NCBI GenBank assembly: GCA_038127595.1
Contig: JAYPIC010000011.1
Location: 1 to 20,109 of the forward strand
DNA length: 20,109 bases
Origin: a bacterium
GTDB lineage: Bacteria > Fidelibacterota > Marinisomatia > Marinisomatales > UBA1611
Reading direction: 5' to 3'
This document shows positions 1 to 7,972 of the stretch, piece by piece (the stretch's first letter is position 1; each line of letters opens with the position of its first letter). The notes beneath the pieces are model-generated. The model searched no databases. It worked only from the letters and a program-made list of their open reading frames with translations, and was not told the origin of the DNA. A program made the position numbers and the translations under genes.

Positions 1-1
1 A

Positions 2-997
2 AAAGGCAATAATGGAGCATCACTCGCGAAACTAAAGTTCATTGATTTTAATAGCAGTAGATCAGACAACATTGAATTAAAATCTGAAGATTTTAACATT
101 GATCGAGGAATTAAACTCGGTATGAACTATATGTTGAATTCAAATTTGGGTTTTAGAGCATCCTACTTCTCTGGACTAAGTGATGTCAGAAGTAATCTTG
201 ATGACTCCCTTAATTTTAGAAATAATTCTTTCCAGATGTCCTTATTAATGAATTTTAAAAAAATGACTATTAAACCTCAAAAAAAGTTGCTGGATTCTAC
301 TAAGTCAATTCGATCAAAATTAATAATTCCAGCAAAATCTATTTTTGTGCAAGTTGGTAGCAAAGCTAATAACTCAGCTAATGTTAAATCAAGTATGAGT
401 GTAAATTATGGGATTAGAGATAATACAACAGTAGGAGTTCGAAAAAACGAGCATTTAAATACTCTGGATATTTATATTAGTACAAATTATTTTAATAGGT
501 TCGTCAGAAAAATAAAATACCCTATTAACATAGTCTATAAAGCTGCAATTAGCAACAAACGCGATAAATCTGTTATCACTGATGAAAAAGATAATTTTAA
601 TTTTTTACATAAAACTATTTTTGAATATAAGATTCAATCTTCGACAATTTTAAATATTAGCCCATTCTACATTCACAAGAATACTGCTAAAACAAAACTA
701 GACCCAAAAGGCTTTCCATGGGATTTATGGTTTTTAGAAGCGGGCTTCAATCATGCGCGTAACCAAAAATTTCATATTTATGGTAGCGCTTATCGATTAA
801 TTAAAGATGCAAAACTAGCTAACAGTAAATCCTTTTACTTGTTCGGTGTAAGGTATAATTTGAAATTAATTGAGCTAGATTTTTCATTAAGTAACATATC
901 TAATACCTACGAAACAGCACTTGCAGATGAAATTGATTCAAAAAAATCAAAGGAAAAATTAATATTTGGTTTTCAAATTAATAAAACATTTAACTAA
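2..997 (+). CDS. Outer-membrane beta-barrel protein, 5'-truncated; C-terminal part of a PorT/porin-like barrel fused to a DUF5777-like barrel
   Basis: Frame is open from base 2 (KGNNGASLAKLKF...DRGIKLGMNY), so ATG 122 is internal. GIKLGMNY..LGFRASYFSGLSDV..NNSFQMSLLMNF looks like the last strands of PorT-type barrels. The second half (VNYGIRDNTTVG, LNISPFYIHKN, FSLSN, LIFGFQINKTFN) follows the DUF5777 pattern and has Phe next to the C-terminus. Confidence 0.65.
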   Translation, partial: KGNNGASLAKLKFIDFNSSRSDNIELKSEDFNIDRGIKLGMNYMLNSNLGFRASYFSGLSDVRSNLDDSLNFRNNSFQMSLLMNFKKMTIKPQKKLLDSTKSIRSKLIIPAKSIFVQVGSKANNSANVKSSMSVNYGIRDNTTVGVRKNEHLNTLDIYISTNYFNRFVRKIKYPINIVYKAAISNKRDKSVITDEKDNFNFLHKTIFEYKIQSSTILNISPFYIHKNTAKTKLDPKGFPWDLWFLEAGFNHARNQKFHIYGSAYRLIKDAKLANSKSFYLFGVRYNLKLIELDFSLSNISNTYETALADEIDSKKSKEKLIFGFQINKTFN

Positions 998-1005
998 TTA
1001 CAAAA

Positions 1006-3357
1006 ATGTATAATCTTAAAACACTAAAAATAAAATATTTATTGCTTAGCCTTTTATCTATTTTTTCTTGCGAATGGCGAGTAGAAGATCAGCCTGGTTA
1101 CTGAGTAATTACATTCCCCCAGGATGGGGCGACATGTAATGAGATTGTAACTTTAACTGTTGATGCAAGTGATCCAGATGGGATTTGTGGCATAGAAATC
1201 AATGTGAATGATTTTAAAATAGATGTACCGCTTAGTGAAATTTTAGGTAATCTTAACAATGAGCCGATCGAGGTTAGTTTAAATACAAATGAACTACCTG
1301 ATGGCCCGGTAGCCGTTTCAGTAAGTATATGTGATTGTAACGATAATTGCACTGAAAGCCCACCTATTGATTACACAATTGATAATACGTTATCCTTGCC
1401 AGATACTGTAAATATTAACTCTGTTATTTTTAAGAATGGTGGTTTTGAAATTTTATGGGAAACTTCAAATGCTGCAGATTTTAATCAATATGATCTTTAT
1501 CATTCTTTAGTAGATGAACCTGAAGATTTTTATAAGATATACTCAAGTAACGATATTAATGAAACTACATATTTCAAAAGTAATGTCAATCCTTTGGTAT
1601 TCAATTATTTTTATATTATAGTTTCCGACTCATTTAACTATTCTTCTAGAGGTAATACCTACATTTCATCTCTAGACCCTAAACCAAATGCAATTAATAT
1701 TGATTCAGTTTCATATGATCATTTATCAATGAATTTAAATTGGGAGGAATCTATAGATGATGATTTTTGGAAGTATGAAATACATTATGGGATTGACGAT
1801 TCATTGAATACCATTATTTTAGACAGCATTTTTGACAAGTATGAAACTTATTATTCCATTAATGAATTTGACCCATACATTTATAATTTTTTTCAAATTA
1901 CTGTCTATGATACTCTAAAACAGAGTACAAAAGGTAATTTTAAATCAAATCAAATTCAAGCTATACCAGACTCAGTTGTCCTTGATTCAATAATATCAAT
2001 TGGAGATGAGATTACTGTTAATTGGTTACCACATCAATCTTTGAATTTTGGAAGGTATAACCTATACAGAGCATTTGAAGGTGATATGAGTGATAAAGAA
2101 ATTTTATTTTCATCCTCAAACAAATTAGATACAACATATTATTCATCCGATAATACATATAATACTACCTACTTTTTTACAGTTTCTATGGTAGATATCT
2201 GGGGCTATGAGGTGTTTAGTAATATTGAATCTATAGAACCAAAGCATATTACTTTCATTAATAATTATGATTTGGAAGGGGAATCTATTTCAGGATATTA
2301 TGGTATTCAAAATCATTTAGAACAATATAAATTAATTGGTAAAAGCTCATTTGATATTTTCATGACCCATGCAAATGAAAATGGTGAAAATTTTTCTTTC
2401 CAACCTCTTAACTTCAGCGATACTGAGACACCAAATAAACTCTTAGAAACTGAAAACAATGATGGATATGTGTTTATTTCTAACGCTGTTAATAATTTTC
2501 AGGATACTGATTTAAAACTTACAAAAATAGATCAAAATGGGTCTGTAATTTGGGAATCAGTTTTTGGATTTGACATTGATGGTGAAAATCAAGTTTATGG
2601 CCTTGATAATGCATATGATTTAATATTGTCAAGTGATGGCGGATATATAATTACTGGTCAATACCATGCTCAACATCCTGATATACTAATTTTAAAGATA
2701 GATGGCCAAGGAAATCTTGAAAATAAATATAACATTTCAACTGCGCCTCCCTCCCAAAGAATAATTGAAAGTGGAAAATCTATTTTAACATTTAATGATA
2801 ATTATATAATCCTTGGATCCATATCCCAATCATCAGCTGATGGACCATCGAATGTTTGGCTCTCTGAGTATGATGTAAGCTTGAATGATGTTGGTGATAC
2901 TCTTTGGTCAAAAACATGGAATTTGAATACTTATGACGTTCCTGAAAAAATAATACAAATATCAGATGGAAGTTTTGCGTTTGCTGGATACTCTTTAAAT
3001 AATTCAGGTGAGCTAGAGTTTTCCTGGATAATAAATACTGATAATACTGGAAATGAGCTTTCATCCATCATTTTAACAGGTGATTGTTATATTTATGATT
3101 TTTTTAAAAATATTGGGGGTAATTACATTGTTGCGGGGAAAAAATTAGTTGGTGATGTTTTTCATGGTTGGATTTCATGTATAGATTTTCAAGGTAATCA
3201 AATTTGGGAGAATACCTATGGAAATGAAGAAAGCGCGGTATTTCAAAGTGTCAAGCAGACCACAGATGGAGGCTATATCCTTACTGGAGAGGATCAATTC
3301 AATGGGACAACTAGTATTTTACATGTCAAGACTGACCCGAATGGTAATATTAATTAA
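1006..3357 (+). CDS. Lipoprotein (783 aa if TGA is read through): signal peptide II, Cys-rich Ig-like (Big) domain, about 3 FN3 domains, C-terminal beta-propeller-like repeats; in-frame TGA at codon 33, putative selenocysteine
   Basis: ATG 1006 lies 8 nt after the upstream stop and is in frame with the 1204 ORF. It gives MYNLKTLKIKYLLLSLLSIFS-C (lipobox), then EWRVEDQPGY*VITFPQDGATCNEIVTLTVDASDPDGICGIEINVND, the start of an Ig-like domain that continues into the 1204 ORF. FN3 motifs include W..S...DF..Y.LY. Repeats GGYIITG, GSFAFAG, GNYIVAG, DGGYILTG. Confidence 0.8.
1105..1140 (+). promoter_or_regulatory. Putative bacterial SECIS element (stem-loop directly 3' of in-frame UGA)
   Basis: ATTACAT-TC-CCCCA-[GGA]-TGGGG-(C)-GA-(C)-ATGTAAT: 14 bp stem with two single-C bulges and a G-containing apical loop starting 17 nt after the UGA. 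Confidence 0.6.
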
Positions 3358-3364
3358 TCTATAA

Positions 3365-4327
3365 TTATAATTTAACTTTATGTAGGCAAGTTGAGCCTAA
3401 TATACCAGCTTCTCCATCAGGTAATTGAGATAACAAAATTTTAATTTTGCCTTTTTGAAAACTTAATAAGTTCTCATCCATATACTTTTTTGCGTAATCA
3501 AGAATACGATGCTTCGCATTACTAAGGCCTCCATAAAAAATAAATGCCTCAGGAGATAGAATTGTAGCTGCCTGTGCAAGTCCAATACCAAGCATTTTTC
3601 CAGTAAACTCGTAAATCTCTTTAATGATCTCAACTCCATCATCATATGCTGCATCCAATTCCTTAACACTATAACCATCATTTTTTATTTTATTTAGAAA
3701 ATCATTATCAGGATATTTTTCAATATATTCATTAATTGTATATTTCACACCCTTGGCAGAAACATACATTTCTAGGGGACCTCTTCTTCCATTTCCGCAC
3801 ATTCTACCATTTGGATCAACTATTATATGACCTAACTCACCAGCAAAACCATCGTAACCATACAAAAGAGAATCATTAACAATTATTCCACTTCCTAAGC
3901 CTGTGCCAAGAGTTATTATCACAACATCCTTCATATTTTTTGCAGCACCATAATGTTTTTCACCTATAGCTGCAGCATTTGCATCATTTGTTATTTTAAC
4001 AGGGAGGGATTGATATTTTTTTATTAATGATACGAGATCCAACCTATTCCAACCTTTTCCAAGATTTGGTGGATCTACAACCATACCAGTGTAAAAATTA
4101 CCATTAGGAACTCCTACACCAATGTTTTTTAATACATAAGTTTCATCGGATTCAGAATTCCAGGCCTCAACTTGTTTAAAAAGGTTATCAAATAAATGGA
4201 TTGGCCCTTTATCAGATTCGGTTTTAATTGACTTTTTTTTAAGTACTAATCCATTATTTGAAACCAAGCCAAAAACAGTGTTTGTGCCACCTATATCGAT
4301 TCCTAAGGAGTAGCTATTTTCATTCAT
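3365..4327 (-). CDS. ROK family sugar kinase (glucokinase-like)
   Basis: GIDIGGT phosphate loop, NDANAAAIGE, TLGTGLGSG, AGELGH; no N-terminal HTH, so a kinase rather than a repressor. Zn motif is degenerate (CGNGRRGPLE). Confidence 0.9.
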   Translation of the reverse strand: MNENSYSLGIDIGGTNTVFGLVSNNGLVLKKKSIKTESDKGPIHLFDNLFKQVEAWNSESDETYVLKNIGVGVPNGNFYTGMVVDPPNLGKGWNRLDLVSLIKKYQSLPVKITNDANAAAIGEKHYGAAKNMKDVVIITLGTGLGSGIIVNDSLLYGYDGFAGELGHIIVDPNGRMCGNGRRGPLEMYVSAKGVKYTINEYIEKYPDNDFLNKIKNDGYSVKELDAAYDDGVEIIKEIYEFTGKMLGIGLAQAATILSPEAFIFYGGLSNAKHRILDYAKKYMDENLLSFQKGKIKILLSQLPDGEAGILGSTCLHKVKL

Positions 4328-4387
4328 TTTTATAAAATTATCTTAGGGAGGTATAAATTAGTTATGCAATCAAGCACCAGAGGCTTA

Positions 4388-4903
4388 TCAGTCAGTAACG
4401 CCTTGTCTAATTTCTAAATCCACAATAGGTGCTTGGTTCGGCTCTTCCTCGATCTTGACAGTTTTTGTAATAACTGTACCTTTACCATAATTATCAGAGA
4501 CAGTTAATTCAAAAGTATACTCTCCTGGTGTTCCTTCGAAAGATACTATCCCAGAACTAGAATTAGGCCTAAGTCTAATCTTATTACCACTTAGCTGCTT
4601 CCAACTAAATCTGATTCTATCACCCTGATCTGGATCAAAAGAACTAGTAGCATCTAAAATCATTGGGTATGTATTAGTCTCTGGCCTACCATCATGCGGA
4701 ATTTGAACTTTGAATTTAGTTTTTTCTTCCTGCTCAATATCTGCTAACTCTTTAAGCTGATCTTGTTTTTGTTGTTGTTGCTGCAGTTTAAGTTTTACTC
4801 TATTTCTGTAAACTTTCTCCCTCATCTGTCGCTCATACTCTCGCCAACCAAATAGGCCACAGCCAACCAAAACAATAAGAAAGATAGCAAAACCTCTATT
4901 CAT
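4388..4903 (-). CDS. Membrane-anchored or exported PKD (K319L-like) domain protein with coiled-coil stalk
   Basis: N-terminal hydrophobic helix, charged Gln-rich helical segment, then LDATSSFDPDQGDRIRFSWKQLSG...PGEYTFELTVSD, a PKD/Ig-like signature. Confidence 0.75.
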   Translation of the reverse strand: MNRGFAIFLIVLVGCGLFGWREYERQMREKVYRNRVKLKLQQQQQKQDQLKELADIEQEEKTKFKVQIPHDGRPETNTYPMILDATSSFDPDQGDRIRFSWKQLSGNKIRLRPNSSSGIVSFEGTPGEYTFELTVSDNYGKGTVITKTVKIEEEPNQAPIVDLEIRQGVTD

Positions 4904-4962
4904 AATATTAAATATAAAAATTTTAAAAGATAATTGTCCACAAATCTTATGTAATTAAGAAG

Positions 4963-7911
4963 TTACCTGAGATCAATTAATACTCTTTTCAAATCAGAGC
5001 CAATAAATTCAGGATTTTGTAATAATCCATTTTCCAAATTTTTAGTGTAATCAGGAATTTTTCTGTAAAGATACTCAGCTAACTCGCCAATTTCCAAAAT
5101 TTTATCGTCCCCGTATGCATCACCTTTTAACCCTTTCATTAAAAAATATGAAAATACACTGTGCTTCATATCATCAATTTCATTGGATGTTTCTTTAGAT
5201 GATGAGGAAGCTAAAAGACATAATTTTTTTGACAATTCAGGATATTGATAATTTTCTATAGATTCTTCAAAGTTTATATACTTTACATCTAAAAAAAATG
5301 TAATAGAATTGATGTTTTCTAATACGGATAATTTTGAAAGATTTAATAGAATATCCTCAAGACTAACGTAAGAGGATGTATCTAGTTTTTTACCATCTCT
5401 AGGAATCAGATATGGTTTTTTATTCAACCAATACCCTAAACCTGAATAAAAAATATTGATATCAACATAATCGATATTTGAATATTTACTAGAAGAAATA
5501 ACTCTGTTTCGAACTACACCTTGATGTGGATCAAATATTTTTTCGATATCACTTTTTGAGGGACCATCTTCCATTTGCCATGATTTTGATGGATATAATT
5601 GGTAATCATCCATTCCAAAGAGATTTTGCATATATAACCTGAATGTTTTTCCATCTCTTCCTGAAAATTTTGTTTCGGTAAAATTGATATCATCATAATT
5701 ATCAATCGCTAGTAAAATGGCCATATTATTAACATTACGCTTACCAATTGGGATATTCGCTTCAATATCAACCTCATCTGCTTGCAAAGGATAAGGGTTA
5801 ACATTCATTGCACCTATTTCTTGACTTACAAGGTTTATTTTTGATCTAAAATGCTTCATCAAAGCTAGATCTACTTGGTGCGTAACTTTATTATCTAAAT
5901 AATCAACAGTCTCGAATTTGACACCAAAATGATCCTTGCTACTTTTAATTTTGAAGTCTAAATCAATGAAGTCGCCAGGTTCTAATTTATCAATCTCGAT
6001 AAGCCCTGTGAAATCAACAGATGAATAAGTGTGATTTTCTAGTAACATCAAATCCAACTTCTCAGTAAGCCCAGCTCCTACATTTTGAACTCGAATGGTT
6101 AGTTCAACCACTTCATCCTTGGGTATATAATTTGTTCCAAAACTATTTTCAATCGAATAATCTGCTATAATAATTTTGGGAGGCTCTACTGATTTCGTAC
6201 TTACAATAAATTCATATGGAGTATCGAGTTGAGTTCCATTCTCATCACTAACATTAATTTGAAATTTCCAATCTCCTGACTTTATTTTTAAGCGAGATGC
6301 AAAGTCAAATTCAATGTATTTAGCCTCTTCAACGCCTAAATTTCCAATGACTCTCATAGTATCATATTCAAGCTCATTTACTTTTTCAGATACACTCTTA
6401 ATCTTTACAGATATGTTTTCTGATGGACTTTCACCATCGTTTAAAATGGCTAATCGTAGTTTCCCTTCTTCTCTGGCACTTAGAATATTATCTTCAGTGT
6501 CATCAATTAACTTTAAGTTTTTGATTTTTAAAAGGGGTGGTTTATTTGTTTTACCGCATATCGCTTTTGAAAATCCGCTCTGATCACCCTCACTATCTAC
6601 AGCAATTATTGTATAACAATACTCCTCATCAAAACCAATATTTTCATGAAGAAAAGATATATTTTTTGTTTTGTCTATTAAAAGTGTAGAGTCATCATCT
6701 AACTTGGTATAAACAAAATATTCAAAAGCACCAGCTACTTTTTCCCAGCTTAATTGATTAGATTTGACACCTCCTAAAACACTTAGATTTTTTGGCGATA
6801 CTATATTCAGCTTAGAACAATGTCTGCCTGAAAGCTCACTTTCAACGTTGTACTTATCAATACTAGTAATTTGATAACAGTGAGTTTCACCAGGTGCGCA
6901 TTTATCATCATATGTATTATCATTTAAATTGCCTAATAATCCACCATCTCTGTATAGATTATAACTTTTAGCTAGTTCTACTTCATTCCAAATTAATTTT
7001 ATTGAGCTTTGATCACTAAATGAAGAAAGTGCAGGAGGTTCAACATAATCTCTAGTAGTGAATTGAAATGGAATCGAAGTTAAACCCTCAATTCCGTTCA
7101 TACTAATAGAAGTTATTGAGTATAAATATGTGGTAGAAAATTCTAGACCCATATCCTCAAAAATCTCAATATCTGATGTTGCTATGGATTCCCCATTTCG
7201 TAAGATTTTATATGACCTTGCACCTTCAATTTTTTCCCAATTTAAAGTAATATTATTCTTATTAACAGAACAAGAAACGTTCTTGGGAGCCTCAGTCAAT
7301 CTACTATTACATAATGGATCACTTTCAATACCAGATAAACCAAATTTACCAAAAGCCATCACTTTATAGCAGTATTGTATTCCAGGCTTAGCTGATAGAT
7401 CGATAAAAGCATTATCTTTCGTATCTATTACAAAATCTTCATCCCTAAAAACTTTATAATAATTAGCCTGTTTTAATTCATTCCATGTGATAGTGATTGA
7501 TTTTTCATCTATATCTGATCTTAGATTTTTTGTTCTCAATGCAGGATCTTTTTGAATAGGCTTAACATTAGAGAAAGTATAAATCAAAGGGATAGATTTC
7601 TCTTTCTTTAAAACTAATCTTAAAACCAAATCTCTATTGCGCGAATTTCTTGGATTGATCTTTAATATAATTTTACCATCTTTTGGATGGTCTACTTCTA
7701 AAAAATAATATTCAGGTTTTATATCTAAAAGTTCAAAACGACCTTTCCTATTCGTTTTAACAGTTGAAAAAATATTTTCATTAATATCTAGTAATTTAAC
7801 TAATGCTTTTCTAGATGGTTTTCCCTCCTCATTAAAAACACTACCTGTTATTGAAACTGAGTTTGAATAACAAAATTGAAATAAAAAAAGTATAGAAAAG
7901 AATTTTTTCAT
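4963..7911 (-). CDS. Secreted multidomain protein: carboxypeptidase-regulatory-like domain, 4 FN3, 2 CARDB/Ig-like domains, C-terminal inactive caspase-like (peptidase C14 fold) domain
   Basis: Signal peptide MKKFFSILFLFQFCYS; ITGSVFNEEG..TNRKGRFEL; FN3 repeats; C14 landmarks AILLAIDNY, IFYSGLG, YLIPRDG, FFLDVK, LLASS, HSVFSYFLMKGLKGDA, ELAEYL, QNP. Confidence 0.8.
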   Translation of the reverse strand: MKKFFSILFLFQFCYSNSVSITGSVFNEEGKPSRKALVKLLDINENIFSTVKTNRKGRFELLDIKPEYYFLEVDHPKDGKIILKINPRNSRNRDLVLRLVLKKEKSIPLIYTFSNVKPIQKDPALRTKNLRSDIDEKSITITWNELKQANYYKVFRDEDFVIDTKDNAFIDLSAKPGIQYCYKVMAFGKFGLSGIESDPLCNSRLTEAPKNVSCSVNKNNITLNWEKIEGARSYKILRNGESIATSDIEIFEDMGLEFSTTYLYSITSISMNGIEGLTSIPFQFTTRDYVEPPALSSFSDQSSIKLIWNEVELAKSYNLYRDGGLLGNLNDNTYDDKCAPGETHCYQITSIDKYNVESELSGRHCSKLNIVSPKNLSVLGGVKSNQLSWEKVAGAFEYFVYTKLDDDSTLLIDKTKNISFLHENIGFDEEYCYTIIAVDSEGDQSGFSKAICGKTNKPPLLKIKNLKLIDDTEDNILSAREEGKLRLAILNDGESPSENISVKIKSVSEKVNELEYDTMRVIGNLGVEEAKYIEFDFASRLKIKSGDWKFQINVSDENGTQLDTPYEFIVSTKSVEPPKIIIADYSIENSFGTNYIPKDEVVELTIRVQNVGAGLTEKLDLMLLENHTYSSVDFTGLIEIDKLEPGDFIDLDFKIKSSKDHFGVKFETVDYLDNKVTHQVDLALMKHFRSKINLVSQEIGAMNVNPYPLQADEVDIEANIPIGKRNVNNMAILLAIDNYDDINFTETKFSGRDGKTFRLYMQNLFGMDDYQLYPSKSWQMEDGPSKSDIEKIFDPHQGVVRNRVISSSKYSNIDYVDINIFYSGLGYWLNKKPYLIPRDGKKLDTSSYVSLEDILLNLSKLSVLENINSITFFLDVKYINFEESIENYQYPELSKKLCLLASSSSKETSNEIDDMKHSVFSYFLMKGLKGDAYGDDKILEIGELAEYLYRKIPDYTKNLENGLLQNPEFIGSDLKRVLIDLR

Positions 7912-7972
7912 TACGTTGTTAGATTTGAATTAATAGCCTATGAATGATAATCATATTTTTTGACTATCTATA

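Noticed and set aside
122..124. ATG 122 (and likewise TTG 20073) as true start codons
   Set aside because: Both frames stay open to the window edge with recognisable protein sequence; the genes are truncated by the window.
1102..1104. Genome-wide TGA reassignment (code 4 or 25) as the explanation of the in-frame TGA; the only TGA gene stop in the window (4388-4390) is backed by TAA
   Set aside because: The other long ORFs, including hutU and hutI, are full length under the standard code with no internal TGA. A recoded AT-rich genome would show many.
1108..1140. Hairpin read as an intrinsic terminator after a 32-aa peptide
   Set aside because: No U-tract follows, and the frame continues as coherent Ig-domain sequence through the hairpin.
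1204..1206. GTG 1204 as the start of the 717-aa ORF
   Set aside because: It falls in the middle of an Ig-like domain and omits the in-frame lipoprotein signal peptide starting at 1006.
4765..4786. (TTG)n microsatellite as a phase-variation tract
   Set aside because: Short in-frame trinucleotide run encoding poly-Gln; length change would not shift the frame.
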